From: Mytilus edulis
Taxonomy: Eukaryota
DNA length: 64,000 nt
Assembly (NCBI RefSeq): GCF_963676685.1
Contig: NC_092346.1
Location: 47,988,001 to 48,052,000 of the forward strand
Reading direction: 5' to 3'
Position 1 is the first letter of the stretch; every line of letters starts with the position of its first letter. Under the pieces are notes generated by a model. It saw only the letters and a program-made list of their open reading frames with translations. It did no database searches and was not told the DNA's origin. Below, piece after piece: positions 12,661 to 24,529 of the stretch. The position numbers and the translations under genes were made by a program.

Positions 12661-13775
12661 ATTATGTTTTATACGACGAGTGTCAGATGATCATGTGGAG
12701 CACCCCCAGTTTTAAATGGAATTTGTGTCATGATTTAGATACTCAGTTATGTAATTTTTTGGACAAGAATAAAAGAGAATTAAGGACACAAAAAGTTATG
12801 CCCGTTTGACAATAGTGAATAAACTTACAACGCCATGGCAGTGAAAAGGAAAAAAAATCATAAACAGATGACCTCTACAAGGTTACCTATTCAACACTTT
12901 AATTAAATCTTTGAGGATGGCTTCAGCTGGCCCCTTTGAAAATGTGAAAACATGATCTTTCATGGATTTTCATATTCTGTCTATATCGGTAATTTGGCAT
13001 GTGTTTTTCTCTGATTGTTTTTGACGTCTTTACACTAAATCCATTGATGTTGGATGTGTTATGATTGATAATTAAGTCTTAAAGGCCTGATTTCGTTTGA
13101 TTAGTTATTAGTGGATTTGAACTCAATGCCAATAACTGAGAGTACTCTCAGATTTGTGCTTAATGTCTTTTTGTTGTTGATGTTACATGTACCTGGCCAC
13201 GTTTGATCTGTGTTTTTATTAGATGTATTTCTATTTATATCCATTGAATAAAATTAGCCTTTTGCAACTAAGTTTCATAGTTCATTTCTTATCTTGAACT
13301 ATTACACCACTTTCCCTGATAAGAGAGTGTTGGGATCCCGCTAATATGTTTAACCCCTACACATGTTGTATGTATGTGTCTGTACCAAACGAGAAGCCTG
13401 TATTTCAGTGGTTAATTGTCGGTTGTTGCTGTGTAAAATGTATGTTTTTATTCATTTTTATATAAACATAAATGAGGTCGTTAGTTTTCTCGTTTGCTTT
13501 AAATTTGTCATTTTTTAAATGGATATACGGTCTAGGCTTTGGTCATTGTTGAAGACCATACGGTGACCTATATGTGTTCATTTTTGCGTTATTTAGTTTC
13601 GTGTGAAGAGTTGTCTCATTGGCGTAATACCACGTAAATATAAACAACAGTATATACATAATACAAAATAGAAAACTCAAGACTGTGCAACATGAATCCC
13701 ACCATAAGTATTATTCTGATAGATATAAACAGTATAACACCTGATTGATTTTAAAACTTTATTTGAGTAATTGGT

Positions 13776-13965
13776 TTACTTCTTTAAGTTGTCAGGTATT
13801 CCATTTACACGATACTTATTCGGATCTCCTCCAGATCTTCCCCACTGATTTGCTTTCCTATCTTTGTCTGAATCTGCAAGTTTCTCTTTGTATTCCTTAT
13901 CACTCATTAATCCAAGTGTATTTTCTTCCTTATATCTCATCTTATCTGTTTTCTCTCGTAAATTA
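13776..13965 (-). CDS. SAA: Serum amyloid A-like protein, last coding exon
   Basis: TTTTTGTAG acceptor; encodes (S)NLRE...LADSDKDRKANQWGRSGGDPNKYRVNGIPDNLKK*, matching the SAA C-terminal motif DS..[23 protein letters not shown]. The phase-2 junction is consistent. Confidence 0.93.
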
Positions 13966-14084
13966 CTACAAAAATAAAATACAAACATTAAGACGTTTTG
14001 AATAAAGTGATCTTGCGGAAAGCCTTGCATATTGAAAGGAAACAATTTACTAAAAAAATATTAAATAATTAATAAATAATAATA

Positions 14085-14445
14085 TTATACAATTACTGTC
14101 TTTTGATGAGGTAAATATGCGGTTTTATTGACTTTTGAAAAACTGATATTCACTGAGGCCGACGGCCGAAGTGAATATCAGTTTTTCAAAAGCCAATTAA
14201 ACCCCATATTTACCGAAACAAAATACATTAATTGTTTTATTCCATATTCCGAGAAAAGAAAATGTATTTGATGACAAACATATACCAAAACAAATGTTAC
14301 ATGAAACATTTTACCATAACGTTACATGTAAAAGCCCGTGACGTTTAGCGCGGTGAATAACACTTTCTCAGGTGAATATGCTTTATTTTATTCAAACTCC
14401 AATTCATATAGCGACACCTTCTAAAATAATACCAATATGGAATAA
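14085..14445. mobile_element. Unclassified hairpin-bearing repeat (second copy near 52030-52245)
   Basis: About 145-bp palindrome centred on GAGGCCGACGGCCGAAG. The downstream block GTGACGTTTAGCGCGGTGAATAACACTTTCTCAGGTGAATATGC is shared with the copy near 52146-52190. Confidence 0.65.
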
Positions 14446-14988
14446 TTCTTCTTATTAAATAAAAATATTATGATCATTCAGAGATATTTCAACTCATTTA
14501 CTCCAAAACAAAATATTCTAAGGCATGCTTAATTCTTTTTTAATGAAAGGTATTGTATTTAACCGCCTGTACTTTGTTTTTTGCGTTAGTTTATGTAATA
14601 AAAGGATTGACATATTGACTTGTTGGGGATTTGATTAATCCTAACACCTTTCTTACAATACTCCATTCGTCAAGACTTCAATAAAAAAACCGAATGTCTA
14701 TTTTCTATATACTTACATACCGGGGTGACACATCTCGTTTAATAGTGCAATTTGAGTGGTACCTTTACAGAAATTATGATGCCATTATTATTGATGGCTT
14801 ATAAGATTAAAAACTGACAATGCAGATGACAAGGCAGATGAGCCCAAAAGATCTCGAACAACATGTAATGTAGCTTATCAAAAGAGCTATCACAATAAAA
14901 GGACAACGCTATCATATGGACATTTGAAAGCTAGTCATAATCATTGTTTTAATTTTGGAAGTTTGTTGAGTTTATATTAATACGTCAC

Positions 14989-15099
14989 CTGATATCTTCT
15001 GCTGCTTTTACACCACCTGGGCCTTGCTTTGCCGCATTATAATTTCCTTTCGCGTGAAAGTACTTGTCTGCACCAATCACGTTTGATTTTCGCATTTCT
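14989..15099 (-). CDS. SAA: Serum amyloid A-like protein, middle coding exon (absent from the ORF track)
   Basis: TTTCAG|A GAA ATG ... ATC AG|GTGACG; 111 nt encoding (R)[36 protein letters not shown](S), the SAA signature DKYFHARGNYDAA.RGPGG. Confidence 0.95.
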
Positions 15100-15749
15100 C
15101 TGAAATTTTATGTATCTTGATAAACATATCATGTAACTCTCTCTTCTCTCTCTTTTAAGAAATTTTGCACTCGATAGAATTAACTAAAATGTGCAGTGCT
15201 AAACATAGAAGCCTTATGGTTTGTTAAATTTGCGATTTTACTACAATAAATTTATGTTTCGTTTGAATCCGTAACTTTGATTGGTTTTCCGCATATTAGA
15301 GGCACTTCAATATCAATAACGTACAAAACTTGATTTAACTCGAAATGTTTTAAATGAATCAAAAATGTTGTCTTATTAATTGAATGGATCTTTTTGTACA
15401 AAGTGCTTCCGCGATTCATTCAAAATGTTTTTGACAAACTCTTTGGCATCCGAATAAATCTAGCATTTTAAATTCTCAAGTTCAAGTTAAATTGATAAAT
15501 GTGTATTAACTCCAAAAATTTTTAATCATATGAGGATGTCTTTGTCAACAGATGATATTCGGTTTCTAAGTTTGTATAGCATTCAAGATTTTTGAAATGA
15601 TGAAGTCGCTAATTGAGCAAGACTACTCATGTCAAAATAATATCTGTTTGTCTTTTTCTTTTTGAGCCATAGAGTTGTTAGTTTATTTTTGATCTATTAG
15701 CTTGTTTAAATGTCCCTTTGGTATCTTACTCCCTTCTTTTGCTATTTAT

Positions 15750-16060
15750 ATATAGATATTTCGTATTGGTCAACCAAATGAATATGGCGTCCATAACATT
15801 GTGATATGGATGACATATTCTTTATCAGTTTCAACCCTGGGTCAAAAGCTTCCTCGCAAACAGCAGTTCTATATCAAGTTAATATAACGATGAAAGGCAA
15901 ACACCGTAATGTCATGTAATATCATATGAACTTGGAGGTTAATACTCCATATGCAGTTGTGACCGGAATGTTGCTACACAGAAAGAATGGGTTAAGATGG
16001 AAACATTGAACTAATCTTTTGTGTCCTTAATTTCCCAATCAACCCTATTGGTAAATATCA
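15750..16060 (-). mobile_element. Degraded Penelope-like (PLE) reverse transcriptase fragment in an SAA intron
   Basis: Translates FLCSNIPVTTAYGVLTSKFI*Y, RKLLTQG and YGRH, resembling the PLE RT C-terminal motifs FPFLCSNIP..PAYGVYISQLIRY / RKLL.QG / KFYGRH (recalled consensus). Confidence 0.6.
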
Positions 16061-16400
16061 ATATAGTTAAATTGTTTGCCACTGTCATACTGTTGAGAGG
16101 TATTTCTAGTTATAAAACCAGGTATAAACCACCTTTTCTACATATAAAAATGTCTGTAACAAGTCAGGAATATGACAGTTGTTATCCATTGGTTTGATGT
16201 ATTAGAGCTTTTTAGTTTGTCATTTCATCAGAGACTTTCCGTTTAGAATCTGTATTTTGCTTATTTACTTTTTTCTTTACATAGGTCAAGAAAATTAATA
16301 GAATAAACAGCTTCTGTGTTAATTATATTTTATTCAAAGTTCACGGGATTAAAACATCGATGAATATAGCCGTTGACTCTAAAGGAAATCACCTATTAGC

Positions 16401-16933
16401 TATGGTGGCCGTATATCTGACCATACTCGTCACTTAGCCAAGTATTTAGCTACATACGTCGACTTGTCAGTTATTTGATTCTACTTATCACTTGGTAGAG
16501 TATACTTGTTAGATTATAAAATTAAACTGTTTTTTTTTAGAGAATAAAAGCGTCTATTAGTCTTTTTGTCCATTTCATGACATGTGAAAACAGACTTATA
16601 CATCTGAAAAGTGCACTTAACTAAGTGACAAGTAGACCTAAGAAAGTAACACATAGGCTTAATTAAGTGACAACTAGACCTGTTAGATACGTAAATCGAC
16701 TTGTCAAATACATAAGTCTACTTGTTACCTAATTATGTCTACATGTCACTTAGTAAGGTCTGTTTTTACGTGTCATGAAATTGGCAAAAACACTAAAAGA
16801 TATTTTTATTTTCTTAAACAAAGTTTGACTTTATTATCTGACAAGTCGATTTAATTAATCGACAAGACGATTTATTTGGCTATTTAATACGACTTCACTA
16901 AGTGACAAGTAGGGGAAGATATGTGCTACCCTA
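16401..16933. mobile_element. Foldback MITE in an SAA intron
   Basis: Imperfect TIRs (TATGGTGGCCGTATATCT..CTCGTCACTTAG / CTAAGTGACAAGTAG..AGATATGTGCTACCCTA) and internal ACTTGTCACTTAG-type repeats in both orientations. Confidence 0.65.
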
Positions 16934-17398
16934 ATTAGCAGAATAGGAAGTTAATAATACTAATAAATGACAACTACCTTACTTTTTTTTCGAAGGAAGC
17001 TAGGTATGCATCTTAGGAGTTAAAAAAACCCAAGTCGGCAAGAATATGAATTTATTGGAATACCAACTTTCCGTTGAAAACTTTTCTTCTCATCATGAAA
17101 ATCATATTAAGAAAAATAATGTCCCGATAATATCAGTTATAAATCACTGATTGTTTGGTTTTTTTTTTTTTTTTTATTATAGATATTATGATTTTTTTGC
17201 TTAACGAATGTATGTTATTATGTATTCTTTAATATGAAACAAAACAAAACTATTCTTTCAATCTGAAAACTCCAATGCAAACGCACTTTCTAAAAGCAAT
17301 TACGCTAGCAATACACCACTTAGACGGCTATTGTGAATATAATATGTACACAAACCCTTTATATGAAGAATAAATTGATTTTTAACAATTGTGCTTAC

Positions 17399-17706
17399 CT
17401 ATACGCCTTTACCATTTCCTTTGATCCTTTTGAATATTCTTTTGCCCGATTTATCTTATCTTTTAATTTATTAATTACTGCCTTAGTTTTATCTTTAACC
17501 TTATTGATGACTGTCTGCGTTTTTGATTTCACCGATGATCTTCTCCACCAGCTTGTTCTTGTTCTTGATATACTACTGCGATTTGAAGAACCTGAGCTTC
17601 TAGAACCACTGGATCTTGAGCTTGAACTTCCCCACCACGAATGTATGTCATCAACATAGAGGACAAGTATCAGACACAACACAAGTAGAAGTGTAAAACC
17701 TTTCAT
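17399..17706 (-). CDS. SAA: Serum amyloid A-like protein, first coding exon (signal peptide, cationic extension, helix 1)
   Basis: ATG at 17706 after a TTTGCAG acceptor (17719-17720); signal peptide MKGFTLLLVLCLILVLYVDDIHS; ends GSKEMVKAY AG|GTAAGC, aligning to SAA GARDMWRAY. The joined CDS is 609 nt (202 aa). Confidence 0.88.
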
Positions 17707-18129
17707 GTTTAAATCGAACTGCAAAGTGGATATTACATTTTAAGTTATAGAAGTGCTATGTGTATGCTTTAAACAACAATTGAACAATAATAATTCACCT
17801 ATACACCACATGTCTAAAAAATAACAATAAAAATATTCTAATGATACATGAAAAAAGTTTTCCCTGCACCCAAATTTTGAAATTAATCTGGTCACTGTCA
17901 CTGTAAAAAAAAATTTTTTAAATAAATTTTAAAGAGAAATAGTTTCAGTACAACTTCCGTGGAATTTTAGTTTATAACAGTTTTTTTTCTTCATTTAAAC
18001 TTTTCTTGTGTTTGTTGTTGTTTTTTGAATAAACATATTAAATACAGCTTATGTAAACAGCTCATATTTTTTTTTACGATGCAATAAATATAACGAGAAT
18101 ATAAATATTAAGTTTGTGCGCATTTGTCA

Positions 18130-18832
18130 ATCCCTAGCCGTATTTGGAACAACCCTTTTGAACTTTTGATCCTCAGTGCTGTACAACTTTGTACTTTTTT
18201 TGATTTTCGAATTTTTATGTCTTGGCGTCACTGGTAAGTCTTGTGTGGACGAGGCGATCTTATGGCGTTTTAAATGTTAACCCTGATGCCCTTTGTGAGC
18301 TATTATTCGTGTGTTTCTTTGTCTAATATGTTCCATTTAATTGTATTGTTGACCTATAATGTTATGTTGTCATTTTGATGTCATATTTAACATTGCCATT
18401 AAAACGCGAGGTTTGGCATGCCACAAAACCAGGTTCAACCCACCATTATTCTCTTTAAAAATATCAGGAATATGGCCATTGTTATATTATAGTTCGTTTC
18501 TGTATGTGTTACATTTTAACGTTGTGTTTCCGTTGTGTCGTTTGTTTTTCTCTTATATTTGAGTATTACTTCATATTACTATAAGACGTGTCACGGTACT
18601 TTTCTATTCCAAATTCATGTATTTGGTTTTGATGTTATATTTGTTATTCTCGTGGGATTTTGTATAATGCTAAGTCCGTTTCTGTGTGTGTTACATTTTA
18701 ATGTTGTGTCGTTGTTCTGCTCTTTTAATATATTTAATGCGTTTTCCTCAGTTTTAGTTTGCTACCCCGATTTTGTTTTTTGTCCATCGATTTACGGTTT
18801 TTGAACAGCGGTATACTATTGTTGCCTTTATT
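18130..18832 (+). mobile_element. Same composite repeat family as 24681-25623
   Basis: Shared blocks AAAACCAGGTTCAACCCACC and the 3' end GAACAGCGGTATACTATTGTTGCCTTTATT. Confidence 0.7.
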
Positions 18833-20069
18833 GTTCTAATTATAATATGGATTTGTTTAAAACGAGGTATAAGAACGTTATATTAGAATTTAAATTTAAC
18901 ATTGATAACCGACAGACAATGTCTTATTTCGTAGATTTTTGTTTAACTTCAATGTGCCAAAAAGTGGCATTATCATACCTTTTCCCTGTTTGGTAAAACT
19001 TTTTTTCTATGAAGCTGGTATATTGTAAGCAAATTTTCCACATAAGACTCTAATGGTTTTTATGTTAAGCCTCATGTTTTCCATATCAACCAGACATATT
19101 GAAATCATGGTTTACATTTTACATTCGGAAGGGTAAAATGCAAGTAAACGCCCAATATTTAATAAATCGAAATTGCAATTGCCTTAAGGTCAAAGCACAG
19201 TAAATGGGCTTTATCACAGATTTTTGTAAATTTTGCATACAACTTTAGCTTGTTGAAATTTATCTGAAAATCGAAAACATAGCTTATTGATCTCTTTTAT
19301 CTTTTAAAACTGTCTTAGTTTTTTCTTGAAATCAAACGATTTATAAGTTGTACTTTGTAAATACAGCTGTTTCATAATTAACGCCTCTTTTGGGGAGATA
19401 TATAATACATGTATTCATAGATAATTAATTTTGTTTACGTACTGGATCCAAGATATGACCTGCATGTTTCATCTCGTACAGACATAACTTGGGAATGGCA
19501 CCAGTATACATGCATATGCATTTTGGTAAAATTGTAATTTGTGGGAACCCTAAAGTCAAGGTAGGGGTAGTAAATAATTTTAGTTTAAGTTTAAACTCTA
19601 AGAAGTTCGATGAGTGTAAACGTTGAAAATATGCCGCACAGCCATATATTCTGACCTTTGATAAAAATAATAGTGCATACGAACTTTCCATTATAGGATT
19701 TATTGTTTTACAAAAAAATATTGTTAAAGTGGTACAGGCACCTAATTATATAAACATTAACACATGATGTAACTAATACATATCAAATATACAAGGCTTA
19801 TAATTAAACTCTACGAAACAATCCTATTCATTTTAAACTCAAAGTTGTCTTATGTGAGCAGATACTACGAACGTTAGTCGAAATAGGAATATCATTTAAC
19901 AATACAGTTGTCTTTTCTAAATTTCTATCAGTGAGAGAAGGTTAAGCCCTGGAAAGTACTAAAATCTTATACTTTAATACAAATGTTTTATATGCCTCCA
20001 GATAAACTAACCCTTCATGTTATTCATTATGTGTATAAAACTGGACAAATTAAAAAAAAAATGTTTTAC

Positions 20070-20135
20070 CTGATATTCCGAAAAAGCGTCAGCACTTTAG
20101 AACAATAAAATGTTTTAACTCCTTAAATACCTCAA
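20070..20135 (-). promoter_or_regulatory. Candidate SAA non-coding exon 1 and TATA-like element
   Basis: Minus strand reads TATTTAAGG ... GGAATATCAG|GTAAAA. A 5' UTR exon is implied by the acceptor 12 nt before the ATG, but this position is only a guess. Confidence 0.3.
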
Positions 20136-22879
20136 GCGGGATATCAATTATCTGTAGAGCAACAGATGCAATCAATTTAGATATAATTCTTGAAACTAAA
20201 ACTGAAATGGTAACGTTGAATTCATGGAATTCATAAAGCATATTGTCATGTTATATATCTGATGTACCAAATCAATGTTATTGCCACGTTGATATGTATT
20301 ACAAATCAGTTATTTTTTTTCTTTTTTTCTTTGTTTCTATCTAATTTTGATTAGATACTATGAGCATTTTATGCGCCTTATACTTCAAAAGTGAAACCAG
20401 AGACAATTTTAACCATATATGTCTTTCGTTCAACGGTATGGTAATTCCTTAAATTTATATACATTTAATCTACATGTTTTGATTTTACAAAGGAATGTCA
20501 TTTAAGCCGGAGTTCATTTTTTACAAAGCCTCAAATCTCTTTCTTATAAGAATGTTATATTTTCCCCCTCGATTTGAGTACAGATTCTTCTTTTCAGTAT
20601 GGCAATTCGCAAAAAATTTGCAATGATAGATAAATACATTAGAAAAAAACCAAGTTCTCACTTTGAACTAAGTATCTCATTGACTGCATGTGTATATTTT
20701 CTTTTTGTAGTCCAAAATTACCTAATGGAACAATTTACGTCGGGATTTTGAATATTCAGCTTTAAGAGAATGATAATATGTATAAATGAATAGCAGAATG
20801 CAATTTTATTGGAATCATGTTTTTGGTACACATATATGTATCATAAAGTAAACCATATTGAGTTTTTTTCGACTCCAATACATAATACTTTGTTCAAAAG
20901 TCATTAATCGATTGAGAGAAAAACAGATTCGAGTTACAAACTAAAACCAAGGAAACATATCAACTAAAAGAGAAAAATAATGGAACAACAGAAATCATGA
21001 CGTGCAACAAAAACAAACGCCAATGCAACATACAACTATTTGATAACAACTGTCATAATCCTGACTTGTTACAGGACTGTGTAAAACAACCGAAAAATAA
21101 ACCAAGAATCTACGTATTTTCCAAGTATAGCTAAGTTAGAGGACTTTTTATTGACACCCAAAATTTACTTCATGTATCTTAAACTTGATTTAATTCTAAA
21201 AAATAACTAATGTATGGTGTTATCAATATCTATTTTCTGTCTAGGATGCTGTAAACCTAGTAACAAACATAAATACATACACTAGAATACATTAGTATCG
21301 GTTTTATTGTATTATGATACACGTACATATGTTATTCTTAAATACCTGATAAACAAAATCGATGTGATTTCCACGTTATATTGGGTATATAACACATCAG
21401 TTATCCTATGTTTGTTTGTCTTCGGATGACATTTTTTAGTCATTTAAAACACATTTTACCTCAAAGTAAACCTATGGTATATCCCTTTCATTTATATACA
21501 TTAAATCTGTACCATTTCATAAAAGAATGTCATTCAAGCCGAAGCTCTTTTTTTTACAAAAGTGTTACCTCTGAAATCTTATTTATTACATTTATATCTG
21601 AACTTTTTGTTATCAAATATACCTGATTAAACAATTTAGCTTTACATTTGAATTTTAATAACCAGCTTTAATAAAATGGTTAACTGTATACATGCATACT
21701 AGATATAAGAAGATGTGGTGTGAGTGCCAATGAGACGACTCTCCATCCAAATAACCAAAAAAAAGTGAACCAGTATAGGTAAATGTACGGCCTTCAACAC
21801 GGAGCCTTAGCTCACACCGAACAACAAGCTATCAAGGTCCCCAAAATTACTATTGTAGAACCATTCAAACGGGAAAACCAACAATCTAATCTATATAAAA
21901 AACGAGAAACGAGAAACCCGTATAAATAACATAAAAAACGACAACTACTATACATCAGATTCCTGACTTAGGACTAGTATGCAATATTATTAATGAACAT
22001 GTTGGTTTTTTTTTACACATATAGCTATCAAAAGTAAACCAAATTCAATATTATGTTTGTGACTCCAATATTCAACTATTGCTAATACAACTGAAAAATA
22101 TAACTCGAGCCTACGAAGTTTTCCTTGTACAGCTAAGTTATAGTTACTTTTATCTACACCTAGAATATATATTGTAAGACTATTTTGACCGTGTTGTTTT
22201 AATGATAGTTTGCAGCACTGTAAAATGTCTTAATCAAGTGTTTTTTTTTTATACCAATAACAGTTTCAGTCTGTTCCCTGTGTTATTTTCTATCCTAAAT
22301 TATAATGTTTATACTAAAACATGTTTGTATTGACATGTTCAGGTACTCGTGAGTACCGAATAAAATCGAAACAAATGTTAAAAAACTAGCCAACTCAAGT
22401 ATTTTACACCTTTTCAACCTTTTACTTCTAACACAAAATATAATCATAAGTTATAACAATAGATTAGTGTCAAGAATACAAATTACTCCTTCCATGCACC
22501 TTGGTTTTCAAAAAGTTAAAACAAACTTTTCTACATATTCTTAATCATTAATTCGTTTTAAAGTTTGCGGACACTATCGTTCTTCAAAAGATAATTCGTG
22601 CACAAGATTTAAGAGGAGACTTTCCAAACTACATCATTGGAAAAGTGGATAGGTTTACAATAAATGCATGAGAGCGTGAGATATATTAAAAAAAAATGAA
22701 TTTTTCAAAGTAAGATTATTCAATACTGTTTATAAGAAAATTATACAACAATATTGATATTAATGTGCGTCTTTCATTAAGGTAATTTCAAATCAGAAAA
22801 ATGTACATTAATCGTGATTATGCATTGATTTGACTATAGCTGAATTTATTAATTCAAAACTTAAAAGACATTATTAAAA

Positions 22880-24529
22880 TTAATCAAGAGCGTACAAATA
22901 GCCCCCGTTATTATCACACAAAAGTAACACTTGTTTCTCGTTGTTGTAGTACAATAGACGTGGCTTGTCTAAACCATCAGTTGTTGATAGTAATGTTCTG
23001 CTTGACTTCCCGTCATGTTGTATAACTATCAGCGAATTCGACCTTTGATCAACAACAAATACATTTTGATGATCACCCACAGCAATGCCCCATGGATTAG
23101 TTAAAGATTTTTCTTTACGTATCCATATCTCATCACCTGCCATTGAGATACAATGTACAGCGTCATCGACGGTGAAATAAATTCTATCTTTGGCAGTTCC
23201 TAAACATGACCCACATCGAACGGTTAACGATTTCAGTACTTTTCCTCCGACATCAATTATGTCAATGCCCTCTTGTGTAATCATTACAATTGTGTTGTCC
23301 TGGTACGATATTCCATAGCAATGTTCTTTAAATTGAAATAATTTTCCCTCAACAGTAGTGTTGTTTATGTTTAAAATCTCTATGCACCGATTGTCGCGTG
23401 TAACAGCAATACGGTCAGTGTCTATGACTGTCAAATCAAACGGTTCACCAGAGCAAGGTATGTCACGGATATGTTTACCATCTTCACTGTACTCCTGTAC
23501 TACATTCTTACCAGCTATTAACACATTTCCATTTGGTAACATGGTACATCCAGTCAAAATCGTTTGTCGATCTTTTTGTTCGACACTAAATTTCTTTTTC
23601 AACTGGAGACGAATGCTATGTATGCTTTTTGTATCTTGCACTCGAAGTTGTATTTGAGCTTGATCTACATTTATCTCCTTAAACAATAGACTGGTGATAC
23701 TCTTCTGAACTGATATGTCCCCGAGCTGATCTACTTCATCCATTAACGCGATGATATAAGGATTTAACTGTACGGAAACTTGAAAGTTCTCGGCAGACTT
23801 GATCCCTTCTTTGACCGATTTTATTTCTTTGAAGACTGCTTCATTGATCTGGCGCGCTCCAAGGAAAAGCTGAATTTCGGATGCGAATGATTTCAGTTGA
23901 GATGTTTGCTCCTTTAGACAACTCAACTCTCGTTTTGCGTTTTTCATACGGTTTAGAAGTTGGTTTACTTCCGATTTACTATTTTCATGTTTTATGTCTA
24001 ACTCTTGAAGAAGTCTTCGTTCTAAGTCTTCTAACTTTTTCAGTATTCTCGCCCGTGTATCAATGATTGATTTTTTTATGGTTTGCTTTTGACTTTCAAA
24101 ATCCTTAAAAGCTGTCTCACGATCGGTAATGATTTGTTCAAGATTTTGTAATGCTCCGGTTAAAGTGTCCTCCAAATCAGTCAGTGCAGTTGAATGTGTT
24201 GCATTTTCAGCAGCTTTGTCTAAAGGAATGACGTCAGAGCAAGCCCTATGATGAGATGGAACGCAACCTAAACAAACTGCAACATCGTGTGTTTTACAAT
24301 ACAGTTCAAGCTGCCTTTCGTGGTATTTACAATTAAGGTTAACAGTGATATTTTGTATCTTCCAGAAGTCTTCAATGGATATCAGCCTGTGATTTCGGGA
24401 TGTTTTGATAGATGTATGAACCTTCTCGCAATCTGCGCATAGTCCCTCTTCACAAATTGAACACCATTTTTCTGCGTTTTTATTATTTTCTGCATAACCA
24501 CAAGGACCACAAAGAATCTTTTCAGTCAT
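22880..24529 (-). CDS. RING-less TRIM-like protein copy 4 (intact, 549 aa from MTEKILC)
   Basis: Same architecture as copy 2. The start at 24529 is inferred from paralog alignment (MxEKILCGPC) and the TTTAACAG acceptor 10 nt upstream. Confidence 0.92.
   Translation of the reverse strand: MTEKILCGPCGYAENNKNAEKWCSICEEGLCADCEKVHTSIKTSRNHRLISIEDFWKIQNITVNLNCKYHERQLELYCKTHDVAVCLGCVPSHHRACSDVIPLDKAAENATHSTALTDLEDTLTGALQNLEQIITDRETAFKDFESQKQTIKKSIIDTRARILKKLEDLERRLLQELDIKHENSKSEVNQLLNRMKNAKRELSCLKEQTSQLKSFASEIQLFLGARQINEAVFKEIKSVKEGIKSAENFQVSVQLNPYIIALMDEVDQLGDISVQKSITSLLFKEINVDQAQIQLRVQDTKSIHSIRLQLKKKFSVEQKDRQTILTGCTMLPNGNVLIAGKNVVQEYSEDGKHIRDIPCSGEPFDLTVIDTDRIAVTRDNRCIEILNINNTTVEGKLFQFKEHCYGISYQDNTIVMITQEGIDIIDVGGKVLKSLTVRCGSCLGTAKDRIYFTVDDAVHCISMAGDEIWIRKEKSLTNPWGIAVGDHQNVFVVDQRSNSLIVIQHDGKSSRTLLSTTDGLDKPRLLYYNNEKQVLLLCDNNGGYLYALD

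Noticed and set aside
17333-17659. Plus-strand 108-aa ORF
   Set aside because: It is the antisense shadow of the SAA first coding exon; similar shadow ORFs overlap the TRIM genes.
17395-17724. Stand-alone myticalin-like antimicrobial peptide gene
   Set aside because: The ORF's stop lies within a GTAAG donor and the exon splices in frame to SAA exons. The MKG..LLL signal similarity is too weak to assign homology.
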